From positions 22,133-86,132 of IMG/VR virus record IMGVR_UViG_3300043399_000446: a stretch of DNA of 64,000 nucleotides. One strand, written 5' to 3'. The stretch's first letter is position 1, and each line of letters begins with the position of its first letter. The notes under the pieces are model-generated. The model had not been told where the DNA came from. It searched no databases and saw only the letters and a list, made by a program, of their open reading frames with translations. Made by a program: the position numbers and the translations under genes. Below are positions 20,363-30,995 of the stretch, piece by piece. This DNA comes from a virus.

Positions 20363-21577
20363 TTAGGATATAGCTCCTATAATATACCATTGAGTTGTTG
20401 AGGCTGCGATATAATTTATAGTGGAGTTAGCTGCTTGAACATATGCTGCATTAGCAGATCCAAACCCTATAGATGCGTTACTAGCTGGAAACACATTCAA
20501 GGTGTCTGATGTAGTATTTGTTATGTAAATAACTAATCCAGATACAGCTACAGGTAATATAACACTGTTTGCACCTGAAGTTACCGTACTAACTATATTT
20601 ATTGTATTTCCCAATGCTGTGGCAGTACCTTGTGTAGTACCTGCAGCACTTATGCCTGTTTGTACTGAATTTATTAAATATTGATTGGTTCTTAAGTTAC
20701 CGCCTTGAATATTTCCTGTTGCTGTTATTAGACCTGTAGTGCTTATATTACCTATGTTAGCATTACCTACAATATTTGCAGTGCCATTAGTCCTAATTAC
20801 CAAATTACCAACATTAGCAGTTCCTGTAACAAATACATTACTAAGATTACCCACCGAAGTAATATTAGGTTGTGCACCAACACTAACGGTATTCGCTACA
20901 TTTGAAAATGCTGATCTTAGGTTAGGAACCTGAGTAGTTGAAGTAACTATTAAAGGTGCGTTGCCTGTAGCTATTGTAGAAATTAAACGAGAACCCGTAA
21001 TATTACCTGAGGCCGTTACTAAAGTGACACCTATATTACCTATGTTAGCATTACCTGATACACTTAGGCTTGCTAATGCACCAAGTGATGTAATATTGGG
21101 CTGAGACGCTGTAATTATTGTGCCACCTAAAAAATTTGCGCTTATTAAATTAGCGCCTAATAAAGATCCTCCATTACCGCTACCCAATAAAATATCATCG
21201 CTAAATATGGCTGTATTTGCTGAAATATTGTTGACACCTAAAATATTTCCGCCCGTACCATTGGCAATTACTATGGAACTTTCAATATTTACATTCCCTA
21301 TATTAGCATTACCTGTTATACTTAAATTTGCTAGTATTCCTAATGAAGTAATATTAGGTTGTGCATTGGTTGTAACCGTACCTGCATTAATTGCACTATT
21401 GGACCAATCTAAATTACCTTGACTGTCAATAATTAAAACTTGTGATGTTGAACCTGTATTAGCCGGTAAATTTAAAGAATAAGGCGCGGTTGCCCTATTA
21501 GAAGATAAAGTTATACCTTGTAACCCTATTTGAAAACTATTACTAGTAGTTCCTGCTAATTTTATTTTATTCGCCAT
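20363..21577 (-). CDS. fibre-like repeat protein
   Basis: three QPNITS repeats, GNANIGN beta-helix-like repeats. Confidence 0.65.
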   Translation of the reverse strand: MANKIKLAGTTSNSFQIGLQGITLSSNRATAPYSLNLPANTGSTSQVLIIDSQGNLDWSNSAINAGTVTTNAQPNITSLGILANLSITGNANIGNVNIESSIVIANGTGGNILGVNNISANTAIFSDDILLGSGNGGSLLGANLISANFLGGTIITASQPNITSLGALASLSVSGNANIGNIGVTLVTASGNITGSRLISTIATGNAPLIVTSTTQVPNLRSAFSNVANTVSVGAQPNITSVGNLSNVFVTGTANVGNLVIRTNGTANIVGNANIGNISTTGLITATGNIQGGNLRTNQYLINSVQTGISAAGTTQGTATALGNTINIVSTVTSGANSVILPVAVSGLVIYITNTTSDTLNVFPASNASIGFGSANAAYVQAANSTINYIAASTTQWYIIGAIS

Positions 21578-21601
21578 TTTCGCATTCCTTTAAGAAGAAC
21601 A

Positions 21602-21626
21602 GGAGAGTTGCGGCTAACAACTCTCC
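21602..21626 (-). promoter_or_regulatory. 5'-UTR hairpin / possible attenuator
   Basis: GGAGAGTTG-7 nt-CAACTCTCC between TAAATA (21641-46) and the SD of 21577. Confidence 0.45.
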
Positions 21627-21649
21627 CACGATTACAACTTTATTTATAA

Positions 21650-23149
21650 TTAAATTGGTAAGGCATAAGTTATTAGAACTCTACCCGAACCTCCTGATGC
21701 CCCTGCAGCAGTGTAATATAATTCTACATTAATGGGGGTTCCCACTGGACCCACTGATGAAGGAACGTCGTATCTACCTACTGTTGTCAAGTCGCTATCA
21801 CCGGCACCAGCAAATTGAGTAGGAATACCTTGTGGACCCACAGTGATAGTTGCTCCAGTGCCACCGCTGAATGCTGAATCAACGATAATGCTTACTGTGT
21901 CAACAATAGCATTTGCAGGTAAAGTAAATGCACTTATTGTAGCATTTGAACTGACAACGAAAGGTGTGCTTACAACCGTCATCATACCTACAGGCTGTGG
22001 TGCACTCCAACTTAAGTTTCCATTTCCGTCAGTTGATAAGAATTCACCTGCATTTCCGCCTGAAATCTTGACATTAGAAACAGGACCTAGGTTAGCAACA
22101 CCATCTACTGTTAGACCTGTTAGAGTTCCAACAGAAGTAATGTTTGTCTGTGCATTTGTTAATATAGTACCACTTAAATTACCAATGAATGTGTCAGCGC
22201 GTACATTACCTAACGTTGTCCAGTTAACAACTTCATTGTTGATACTTACTTGACTACCAAATGCAAATTCACTATTACTTGTGTCCCAGCCCATAAATGC
22301 TGTTGCACCTGCATTACCAGCAGTGTTCCAATAGTTTAATGCAGTACCAACGTCATAATTAGTGTTAGAAGTTAGTGGACCACCATTAGAACTTTGTAAT
22401 TGTATGATTGGATCTTTTACTGACAATGTATCAACATTAATGTATGTTAAATTACCATTGACAGTTAAATTACCACCAACTAAAACGTTACCTTGAACAT
22501 CTAAATTTGTTAATGTACCAACGCTTGTAATATTAGGTTGTGCATTTGACGTAACAGTCTCAGCTATTAAAGCGTTTGCTACCTGTCCTGTTATATTAGC
22601 AGCCGTAATACTTGTTAGTAACGCACCATTTCCGCTTAAGTTTGTAGCGAATAATGTATTAGTATCAGTGTTAAATGTGAAGTTAGCACTAGCACCAAAT
22701 GAACCGCTACTGTTGAACTGAACTTGTGTATTATCACCACCTGCCTGTTGGAAATCAACAGGAGCGCCATTTGCGTAATAATAGTTATCAGTTAGAATAC
22801 CACCTGTACTTATATTACCTGTAACGTTAGCATTTCCTGATACACTTAGATTTGCCAGTGTACCAAGTGATGTGATATTGGGTTGTGAGCTTGAAGTAAC
22901 TGTATCAGCAACTAATGCATTTGCTACTTGACCAACAATGTTAGCTGCTACAATGTTAGTTAAGCCTGCTGCATTACCTACGAAAATACCTTCAGATGCA
23001 GTAATATTACCTGCAGTTAGGCTTACAAAAGAGGTATTTGCACCATTTTTTACTTCAAGATTACCTGAAGCATTTTGTAGCAAAGGACCCGTAAATCCTA
23101 ATTGGAAATTACCTCCTTGGGTACCTTTAATTTTAATCCATGTACTCAT
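21650..23149 (-). CDS. fibre-like repeat protein
   Basis: Q(P/T)NITS repeats, VQFN-x-x-G-x-FG, TDGNGNLSW motifs. Confidence 0.65.
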   Translation of the reverse strand: MSTWIKIKGTQGGNFQLGFTGPLLQNASGNLEVKNGANTSFVSLTAGNITASEGIFVGNAAGLTNIVAANIVGQVANALVADTVTSSSQPNITSLGTLANLSVSGNANVTGNISTGGILTDNYYYANGAPVDFQQAGGDNTQVQFNSSGSFGASANFTFNTDTNTLFATNLSGNGALLTSITAANITGQVANALIAETVTSNAQPNITSVGTLTNLDVQGNVLVGGNLTVNGNLTYINVDTLSVKDPIIQLQSSNGGPLTSNTNYDVGTALNYWNTAGNAGATAFMGWDTSNSEFAFGSQVSINNEVVNWTTLGNVRADTFIGNLSGTILTNAQTNITSVGTLTGLTVDGVANLGPVSNVKISGGNAGEFLSTDGNGNLSWSAPQPVGMMTVVSTPFVVSSNATISAFTLPANAIVDTVSIIVDSAFSGGTGATITVGPQGIPTQFAGAGDSDLTTVGRYDVPSSVGPVGTPINVELYYTAAGASGGSGRVLITYALPI

Positions 23150-23161
23150 TTTTATATTCCT

Positions 23162-24997
23162 TTATTTAAAATTGATTATTAAGAGTCCCTCACCTGTGGA
23201 GCTTAAACCCGAATCAATGGTTAAAATTAATTGGGTAGCTAAGGCATATTTATACGCAGGTGAAACCGTATATGTGCCCACTGAATTTGCTAAACAGTCT
23301 GTAGTTGTAAACAATCTATTAGCATTTAAAGAATCTCCCACACTTAGTGTAGGGTTAGTACCATTAAATGGTGTATTTATTATTATTGAAATTTCTGTTA
23401 TTATAGTATTAGCTGCAACTAGAACTAAATTTAATAAAGATGCCGATGTATAACTAAACGGTGTTTTAATAGTTCCCGCAACATTGTTTGCTACATTAGC
23501 AGTTTCAGCATATGAAACTATAGCATTTAATGTGCCTGAAACACTTAGATTACCTGTAACATCTAAGCCTGATTGGCTGAATACTGCAATATTAGATGTT
23601 CCTCCTATACTAGCAGTAATATTTCCGCCGGCTGCTGGTATAGATAGATTTGAATCACCGTTTATTATATTAGATACTGCCACATTACCAAGCGAAATAT
23701 TACTTAAAAGACCCCCATCACCAATAAAGTAGTTAGCTGTAATGGTGTCAACACCTAAAATATTTCCGCCTGTCCCATTCCCAATAATTATTGCATCTTG
23801 GGCATTTAAGTTACCTATATTAGCATTGCTAGTAACACTTAAACTGTTAAGAGTACCTATTGAAGTAATATTAGGTTGTGATGGCGTTGTGATTGTACCT
23901 GCTAAATAGTTAGCACTAATTAAATTTGCACCTATTAAAGAACCACCGGTGCCATTACCTAAATTTAATTCTCCCTCTAAATTAGCACCATTGCTATGTA
24001 CCTGTAATATATTTGATACGCCATTAATACTAGTATTAACATTGCCATTTAATTCTACAATTACACTACTATTTCCGTTAACGATTGCAGTTCCATTTCC
24101 TATGTTACTAGATGTAGTGCTCCAAGATAGGTTACCTGATCCATCAGTAGTTAGTACTTGTCCACTTGATCCTCCGGTAATTATTATATTACTTACATTA
24201 CCTAAATTAGCTGTGCCTGCTACTCTTAAATTTGCTAATATTCCAACTGAAGTAATATTAGGTTGTGCAGAGGTTCGTAAAGTACCATAAAAGGAATTGG
24301 ATGTGATATTATTTGCACCTAAAATATCTCCACCCGAACCTGAAGCTATAACTACGGAATCTTCAGCGACTTGTAATACATTAGCTACACCATTAACACT
24401 CGTATTGACATTTCCATTTAATTCTACAACTACATTACTATTTCCGTTTATTATAGCGGTGCCATTAGCTTGATTTGTTGCCCAAGATAAATTTCCAGAA
24501 CCATCGGTGGTTAGAAATTGCCCAATTGTTCCGCCTCTGATAATTACATTACTTACATTACCTAAATTAGCAATTCCTGATACATTTAGTGATGAAAGTG
24601 TACCCGTTGTTGCTGATATGTTACCTGATAAATTAATATTATTAACAGTATCTATGTCTGTTGGTAATTCAATATATAAAGTTTGGTTTGAATCTATTAA
24701 AGTTGCCGTGGTAGGTAATGTACTAGGTATAGTTTGTGTGAATAAATATAAAGTACTTGAATATGTCCTAACGCAGGCAATTTTAGCAGAAATAACAACA
24801 TCACCTGTAGGTTTAGGTGTTACCGTTATACCTGCGCCCGGAGTTTTATTAACAGATGACACGCCCGTGGTTACTTGATTTTGGAATAATTGATTAAAAT
24901 TTTCTTGAGTTTTTTGAAAAGCGGATCTTATAGGATCCGCACTAGGGTCGTCTGGAAAATCCCCAAAATCTATATTTTTTTGACTCACCGTTATCAT
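23162..24997 (-). CDS. fibre-like repeat protein
   Basis: N-terminal DDPSADPIRSAFQK baseplate-attachment-type motif, internal duplication, TDGSGNLSW. Confidence 0.65.
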   Translation of the reverse strand: MITVSQKNIDFGDFPDDPSADPIRSAFQKTQENFNQLFQNQVTTGVSSVNKTPGAGITVTPKPTGDVVISAKIACVRTYSSTLYLFTQTIPSTLPTTATLIDSNQTLYIELPTDIDTVNNINLSGNISATTGTLSSLNVSGIANLGNVSNVIIRGGTIGQFLTTDGSGNLSWATNQANGTAIINGNSNVVVELNGNVNTSVNGVANVLQVAEDSVVIASGSGGDILGANNITSNSFYGTLRTSAQPNITSVGILANLRVAGTANLGNVSNIIITGGSSGQVLTTDGSGNLSWSTTSSNIGNGTAIVNGNSSVIVELNGNVNTSINGVSNILQVHSNGANLEGELNLGNGTGGSLIGANLISANYLAGTITTPSQPNITSIGTLNSLSVTSNANIGNLNAQDAIIIGNGTGGNILGVDTITANYFIGDGGLLSNISLGNVAVSNIINGDSNLSIPAAGGNITASIGGTSNIAVFSQSGLDVTGNLSVSGTLNAIVSYAETANVANNVAGTIKTPFSYTSASLLNLVLVAANTIITEISIIINTPFNGTNPTLSVGDSLNANRLFTTTDCLANSVGTYTVSPAYKYALATQLILTIDSGLSSTGEGLLIINFK

Positions 24998-25032
24998 TCC
25001 TTTACGATAATGTATTTATCAAAAGTTTGTCC

Positions 25033-25063
25033 AAAAAAATACCCGGGAATTCCCCGGGTATTT
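25033..25063 (-). terminator. intrinsic terminator
   Basis: AAATACCCGGG/CCCGGGTATTT stem with T-run on the minus strand. Confidence 0.75.
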
Positions 25064-25078
25064 AAAATGCAGTTTATT

Positions 25079-27190
25079 TTACTTTAATCCTGCTAGCTTT
25101 TTCCAGTCAGTTAAAGAATCACCTTCTGTTACTTTAACTGATGTGTGGGGTAGCGTTGTTTGATCACGCTTTTGTTTATTCAACCCACCTGATATTACCT
25201 TAGTCATAAAATCCATATCCGCTTCAAATGTATCATCAGCACTGTTTGCAAATGATTCTTCTAATCCATCATCCTGTTCTTCATCTGATTCTTCTTCAAG
25301 TTTAGAATCATCTGCACCTGCTGAATTTGCTAATCCTATGTTATCAGCAGCGATTTCTTTATCTTCTGCGTCGACTTCTTCTGCACCTGAATCGGGAGGA
25401 TTATCTTCAGAAACTTCAAATTCCATCTGATCCTCTGTTTCGACTTCATCAACCATTTCTTTATCGCCGCAAGAATGTCCTGCTTCCAGCATGCCACCGC
25501 ATTCTTGGCATGTTTCTTTATGACCGTCACATTGGCAATCTTGCATACCGCAATCAGGGCATACTTCACCGTGTTCGTGATCGTGACTACCCATCTCATC
25601 AGCATAATCGTGAGAATCATCATGTGAGCCACCTGGCATACCTGTTCCAGCTACTTTCTTAATTAGTGCCATCATACCATCATGATCGTCAACTACTGTA
25701 AGATCGCCATGTTGTTTAACCGTATCTTGGTCAGCATGTGAAACTCCATAGTCGCTAGGTTGTTCTTCACCGCCTAGAATTCCCATTTGCTTTACTAAAG
25801 CCATAAGCTTGTCTGCATCACTATCGCTAGCAGTTACACTTACTGAATCAGGAGCACCCATTTGACCTTTTGATACAGAAATGCTCATCCCTTCTTCGAT
25901 GGCTTCACCTTCAGTTAGAAGTTCATTTAGTTGGTTGTCCCAACCTTCAAATGCCATCATCATTTCATCAACTTTAGCATCATAATCTGATGTATCTTTG
26001 AAAGTTTTGCCACCAACACTAAACTTTTCACCTTTTTCTGCTTTTGCTAATGCTGCTGTGAAAGCATTTCCTTCTTCCATTTCATCTTCCATTGCTGGCA
26101 TAGCTTGACTTGCCATTCCAGAAACTGTTGCTGCGGGCATTTCTTCACCAACTACTACACCACGCATTGGCATGATACCATAGCATTCGTCAAGACCCAT
26201 TTTGTATCCTTCGTGATACATACGAGCTTCTTCGCTGCCTTCATCATAACGGCAGTGATAACTTTCTTTAGCAAGAGCGTGTGATTTGCCTCTGTGGTGT
26301 GCTGCTTTTAGGCGTTGATCCATGCCTTCTTCTACTTTCTTTTTCTTTTTATCACCAGCAGCCTTCTTCATGGTTTCTTTCTTGTTTCCATCTTTATCTA
26401 AGTCTAGAAAATCTGGTTTTGATCCTTTTGCTTCTAATGTTAAAGGAGATGCTAATGCGTCATTTGGTGGCATATCAGCTTCATTAGTTTTAGCACGTAG
26501 TTTAGCTAATACTGCACCTGCTACTTTTTCACCACGCTCTTTTGAACCATAATGCTCGCCCGCACTCTTAGCAATCTTAGCAAACTGCTTACCAGGCTTA
26601 CCAATGTCTTTACCTGCACGGGCTGCCTTAGCTGAGTAATCGGCTTCACCTAGCTCGCTACCTGCCAAACTCATTTCACCCTTGCCAATAGCTTGTTTGA
26701 TTGTGTTAGCTAGTTGTGGATTAGCAACTTGTCCTAATACTTTAGTACCTTGTTTGATTACTTGTGTAGATGCTTTAGCTGGTTCTATAGTTAATTGTTC
26801 TGCTTCGGCTAGCATATCCAACTCAGCAATCCAATCTTTTAGGCTTTCTTTGACTTTCTTTTTCTCTGATGGCTCCTTGTCAGATAGCTTGTGCTTTGTT
26901 TTTCCTAGCTTTTCTAGTTCTTTGCTTTTCTTAGGAACGCTACCTACAATATAACGCTGTAACTCTGATGCTCCACCATAACGCTTTGATGTATCAGCTT
27001 CACCACCTGCTTTACGAGGACGGCCGCGGCCACGCTTTTCAGCAGGAGCCGCAGTTTTTTTCTCACCATCTTCGTCATCTTCGTCATCATGTTGTGCGGC
27101 GCCACCATAAGCTTTACCTGCGACTTTTCTTGATGTCATTTCAGCTTCGTTAAGCTGGTCTAGTTTTCCTAAAAGACTTTTGAAATCCAT
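25079..27190 (-). CDS. large acidic, low-complexity putative internal head/prohead-core protein
   Basis: 703 aa, many (L/V/I/M)-x-E sites, KRGRGRPRK AT-hook, DLDKDGN, Cys/His cluster. Confidence 0.5.
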   Translation of the reverse strand: MDFKSLLGKLDQLNEAEMTSRKVAGKAYGGAAQHDDEDDEDGEKKTAAPAEKRGRGRPRKAGGEADTSKRYGGASELQRYIVGSVPKKSKELEKLGKTKHKLSDKEPSEKKKVKESLKDWIAELDMLAEAEQLTIEPAKASTQVIKQGTKVLGQVANPQLANTIKQAIGKGEMSLAGSELGEADYSAKAARAGKDIGKPGKQFAKIAKSAGEHYGSKERGEKVAGAVLAKLRAKTNEADMPPNDALASPLTLEAKGSKPDFLDLDKDGNKKETMKKAAGDKKKKKVEEGMDQRLKAAHHRGKSHALAKESYHCRYDEGSEEARMYHEGYKMGLDECYGIMPMRGVVVGEEMPAATVSGMASQAMPAMEDEMEEGNAFTAALAKAEKGEKFSVGGKTFKDTSDYDAKVDEMMMAFEGWDNQLNELLTEGEAIEEGMSISVSKGQMGAPDSVSVTASDSDADKLMALVKQMGILGGEEQPSDYGVSHADQDTVKQHGDLTVVDDHDGMMALIKKVAGTGMPGGSHDDSHDYADEMGSHDHEHGEVCPDCGMQDCQCDGHKETCQECGGMLEAGHSCGDKEMVDEVETEDQMEFEVSEDNPPDSGAEEVDAEDKEIAADNIGLANSAGADDSKLEEESDEEQDDGLEESFANSADDTFEADMDFMTKVISGGLNKQKRDQTTLPHTSVKVTEGDSLTDWKKLAGLK

Positions 27191-27202
27191 TTTAAGTTCC
27201 TT

Positions 27203-27826
27203 TTATTTCTTGGCGCCAGTTTTTGGTAATGCTGGTCGTTTAATTGTAGTCATTGGACTCTTTACACCTAAAGATGCGTCATCTTTTTGTGGCTTCCATG
27301 GGTCAAAACTATCTTTAGTTTTAGGAGCATCAAAATGCTCAGTGCCCTTGATATGTCCATCATCCGTTTGTTTCTTGATTTCATCTAGATACGAATTGCC
27401 ATAAGCTTTAGCAGCTTCTTTACCATTATCAGGCATTTCTTCATGAGTAAGAACAGGACTATTGTCCATCTGATTCTGATACTTTTCTGCTTCACTGTTC
27501 TGACTATCATCAAATGATGTAGAAACTAATCTAACCATGTTGACATTGTAGCCTAACAGTTGGGCCATTTGCTGAACCATAGGCTCAGTTGCTGGATATC
27601 TAAATTCACACTTGATTATTGTTACAGGTTGATTTTCTATTCCAGGAAAGCCATATGGTGTTTTCTGAATAGGAGTAGAAACAGGTTCACTGATTTTGAT
27701 TGGGTCAAATTTTTTCAAGTTAAACTTGAACATATCTAACCAATTCTTATCAACTTCACCTGCAATCTTAATGGTGTAATTATATGTCTTTACACTTTCA
27801 GAGATAAATTGTTTTAACTGTTTCAT
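27203..27826 (-). CDS. conserved hypothetical late protein
   Basis: 207 aa, MKQLKQFISES N-terminus, TAAATA upstream. Confidence 0.6.
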   Translation of the reverse strand: MKQLKQFISESVKTYNYTIKIAGEVDKNWLDMFKFNLKKFDPIKISEPVSTPIQKTPYGFPGIENQPVTIIKCEFRYPATEPMVQQMAQLLGYNVNMVRLVSTSFDDSQNSEAEKYQNQMDNSPVLTHEEMPDNGKEAAKAYGNSYLDEIKKQTDDGHIKGTEHFDAPKTKDSFDPWKPQKDDASLGVKSPMTTIKRPALPKTGAKK

Positions 27827-27855
27827 TTATGATATTCCGTATTTTATTTATCTAT

Positions 27856-28422
27856 TTATATTTTTTTTCTACAGTTATCAAAATGCCATCTTGACATAGC
27901 AGGGTGCTGCCCCATTTTTCCACATTTAGGGCAAGTGGAAATAGGCTTAGGTCCTTTATTTTTACCCAATAATGCTTTACTTATATTAGGCCTTTTTCTA
28001 CCCTTAAGTGCTTTACTAACATGTGGTAGAGGCTTACCTAATTTACTAATACTTATAGATTTGCAATGTTGTTCAGACTTTTTCTTGCCCTCATGAGATT
28101 TACTCATTTTATTGCGTTGAGTTTTTGAGAATTTGAACCCCTCTATACCTTCACCCCCATCTGTAAGATTTCTTAGAATTCCTGTTCCTAAATCCTTTCT
28201 ACCATACCACTTAATCATTCTTCTTTCTATAGCAAGGGCACCCAATTCAGTTAAATTATGCTCTAATATTATTATTTGAGAAAAATCTTTTGGTATATTT
28301 ATAGTATGTTTTTCAATGGCTCTGGTGTTCTTTCCTTTACCAATATAATAAGGTGTCCCATCTTTTCTAAGGTAAGCGTAAACGTAAAAACCAACAGGAA
28401 TAATTTTTTTGCTAAATACCAT
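27856..28422 (-). mobile_element. GIY-YIG-like homing endonuclease A (NUMOD3-like + Zn/RWHFDNC tail)
   Basis: FYVYAYLR...PYYIGKG...RA...E...[10 protein letters not shown]; start after AAGGAG SD. Confidence 0.75.
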
Positions 28423-28492
28423 GGCTGACTGCTCCTTACAAGCGTTAGAGAGGATGGGTATTTCCAGTACCGCGATCCTCAATATCTATTTA
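28413..28492 (-). promoter_or_regulatory. conserved structured endonuclease leader, copy 1
   Basis: TAAATA-GAGGAT CGC GGTA loop TACC C ATCCTC-TCTAACGCT-AAGGAGC-CAGC-ATG, plus antisense TAAATA. Confidence 0.75.
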
Positions 28493-28981
28493 TCACTTAT
28501 CTTTGGTTTTCTGACCTAGCATTTTCAATAGCTCATTTCTATCAGCTATTAATTTACCTTCACCTAAAGGAGTATTTTCTAGTTCTTTATTTGCTGCTTC
28601 ACTTTTTTGATCTAGTGCAGCTTTTTTCAACTGTAACTCAATCATTTTTAGCTTTTTATTAAGTTTAGCTGTTTTTGCTGTTATTGCATGACCTAAAAAT
28701 GTCCCTGCCGCTGCAAATATTTCACTGCTATAGCGACTATCTACCTGCATACCTAGCTCTTTCAAGTCCTTAAAACTGTCTACCGCTAAGTTTGCTAGTT
28801 CATCCATTTCTATATCGCTAGCTTCTAAACCACGCACTTGAGGTAATGCGTTGTCTATCTTTTCTAAATTGTCTAATGCGTCTTGTGTAACTTCTTTTAT
28901 TTCTTCTTTAGGTATAGGAAGATCGTCGTTAGATTCGTCATGCTGTGCTAGTTCAAAAAGTTCTGATAGTTTTTTAGTCAT
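28493..28981 (-). CDS. possible terminase small subunit
   Basis: 162 aa helical protein with a gp16-like pattern, next to gp4; weak resemblance only. Confidence 0.4.
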   Translation of the reverse strand: MTKKLSELFELAQHDESNDDLPIPKEEIKEVTQDALDNLEKIDNALPQVRGLEASDIEMDELANLAVDSFKDLKELGMQVDSRYSSEIFAAAGTFLGHAITAKTAKLNKKLKMIELQLKKAALDQKSEAANKELENTPLGEGKLIADRNELLKMLGQKTKDK

Positions 28982-29004
28982 AATAGGTATTTATGACTAT
29001 AGGT

Positions 29005-29439
29005 TTATCTTTTACTTTTATGAAAGATATCATCTTCAGTTACGATTCTAAATGTAAGACCTGCACTCTTGCAGAATGCCATAGCCGATTTCCATTTAGC
29101 ATGGTTAACAGCTACTATTGCTCTATCTTTAGCTGTAGCTGCTTTGCTTTCTATTAGACTTTGTTTTTTAGGTTTTATTTCCACTATTTCTGCCATTCTT
29201 TGGCCATATTTGTTTTCATAAACTACTAAAAAATCAGGTATATAGTTAGCTTTCTTTCCTGTCAGTGGATTAATATAAGGTATGAATATTGGCTCACTTG
29301 CCCATTGTAAGATGCTAGGGTTGTTGTCCAAAAACATCATCATGGTCATTTCCCATCCTGATCTGTATTTAGGTTTATGTTTTCCTATATATTTTTCAGG
29401 ATTTTTAGGATTGAAAATGCCTTGAGCAAAGTTTGCCAT
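29005..29439 (-). CDS. head completion nuclease (T4 gp4/TnsA-like)
   Basis: NPEKYIG, YRSGWE, WASE, YIPDF, EIKP. Confidence 0.85.
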   Translation of the reverse strand: MANFAQGIFNPKNPEKYIGKHKPKYRSGWEMTMMMFLDNNPSILQWASEPIFIPYINPLTGKKANYIPDFLVVYENKYGQRMAEIVEIKPKKQSLIESKAATAKDRAIVAVNHAKWKSAMAFCKSAGLTFRIVTEDDIFHKSKR

Positions 29440-29441
29440 CT

Positions 29442-29801
29442 TTATTGAACAATGTTTCTTGCTATAAATTGATTAGGAGGAGGTGTTACAGATACACCAT
29501 ATAGTGATGTTTTAGATTTAAAGCTATTCAAGTAATAACTAATAACTTTATTCATTTGTAATGCTGTAGTACCTTGGATAGAACTTAATAGTTCTAGCAC
29601 TGGTATTCCAGTTTCTTGTGCTATTCTAAAAAATACAGCCGTAAAATTACCTGCTATATTTTGTGTAGCACATACTGTTCTAAAATATCCATAAACAATA
29701 TCAAAATCACTGGCATTAACTTGTAGATCAAAGGCATAAAAAGAATCAAAAATTCTTACTGTTTGGTCTAATGAAGTTCTAGTATCAAGAATTTGTGGCA
29801 T
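29442..29801 (-). CDS. hypothetical structural protein
   Basis: 119 aa in tail operon. Confidence 0.55.
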   Translation of the reverse strand: MPQILDTRTSLDQTVRIFDSFYAFDLQVNASDFDIVYGYFRTVCATQNIAGNFTAVFFRIAQETGIPVLELLSSIQGTTALQMNKVISYYLNSFKSKTSLYGVSVTPPPNQFIARNIVQ

Positions 29802-30994
29802 TATCTTCCTCTTGTAGCTTGCCCTGCTGTTGGATTAGGTCCTGCATTAGGAGGCTGTTGATTTGCTTGTGGTGCTCCTGCTGTCCCTTGTGAGGAGGGA
29901 GTTGCACCAAAAATGGGTGTATTAAACAACTGATTCCTATTAGGTGTACCTTGAATACTATTTATAATGCCTGTAGTTACTTCGGACCTTGCTATTTTTG
30001 CTAAATTTTGTCCTTTAAATGCGTTGTATGTTGTGCCTGCATTTCTAACAGCACCCAATACATCTCCTTCTAAAATCAAGCTCTTTAATGTCCCACCTAC
30101 ACCATCCACTAATCCCCCTTGACCCATTATAGTTCTGTTAGATCCTGGTTTAGCTATTGGACTAAGCAATCTATCGTATGTAGCTTCATCACCAAATCCA
30201 GGTATATAATTTTCTGGTTTTCCCCCATCTAGTTTACCTTCGTTGTATACTACGGTTTCATAATCTAATGTCATACTATTTTCCATAGTACCTGCATTTT
30301 CACCATAACTATATGTATCGTGTGCAAATCTTGTTATTATAGGGTTTATCAAAGTATATGCAGTAAAATTGTGTTGATTGAATCCAAAAATAGTAATATC
30401 TTTAAAGAAAGGAACCTTTTGGGGTGCATTAGGATTTGTAGCTTCACCCGTAAAGCCCCAATCATTATTTACTATTTGTTCTGAATATATATCTCTGTAA
30501 TTATAATTAGCTAATGTGGGGCTTCCTTGACCATTAGCAGGACCTTGAGTGCCTTGTGCTGGTCCACCCCTTGCACCACCAAATACTACATTAGGATTTC
30601 TAGCATCTCTGAAATAGTATGTGAAATAACTTACCCACATTCCATTAATCAAATTATTATTGTCATCATGAAAAGTGATATCAATAGGATCATACTTAAC
30701 TTTTGTATAAGTTAATCTTTTTCTATTATATTGATTGTGTTCTGATGATTGTAAAGTAAAACTGGGGAGCTTTGCTGTCTTAACAGCTAATCCAAAATTC
30801 TCATTTCTAAGGGTATTTCTTGTATAAGCGTCTTGATTTATATTAAAATATACATGAAAAAGAAATTTGAATTTAGGTGCGTACTGATAACCATTACTTC
30901 TAAATGTTTTAGAAGCATGTGTATAATCTCTTAAATAATCGCTGCCGAAGAACGCTCCAGCAGCGTTATTAAATTGGTTATTAAACCATCCCAT
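29801..30994 (-). CDS. tail-tube-fold baseplate/tube initiator protein (gp48/gp54-like)
   Basis: VKTAKLP...YDPIDITFHDD tube-like pattern, adjacent to the tube gene. Confidence 0.6.
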   Translation of the reverse strand: MGWFNNQFNNAAGAFFGSDYLRDYTHASKTFRSNGYQYAPKFKFLFHVYFNINQDAYTRNTLRNENFGLAVKTAKLPSFTLQSSEHNQYNRKRLTYTKVKYDPIDITFHDDNNNLINGMWVSYFTYYFRDARNPNVVFGGARGGPAQGTQGPANGQGSPTLANYNYRDIYSEQIVNNDWGFTGEATNPNAPQKVPFFKDITIFGFNQHNFTAYTLINPIITRFAHDTYSYGENAGTMENSMTLDYETVVYNEGKLDGGKPENYIPGFGDEATYDRLLSPIAKPGSNRTIMGQGGLVDGVGGTLKSLILEGDVLGAVRNAGTTYNAFKGQNLAKIARSEVTTGIINSIQGTPNRNQLFNTPIFGATPSSQGTAGAPQANQQPPNAGPNPTAGQATRGR

Positions 30995-30995
30995 A

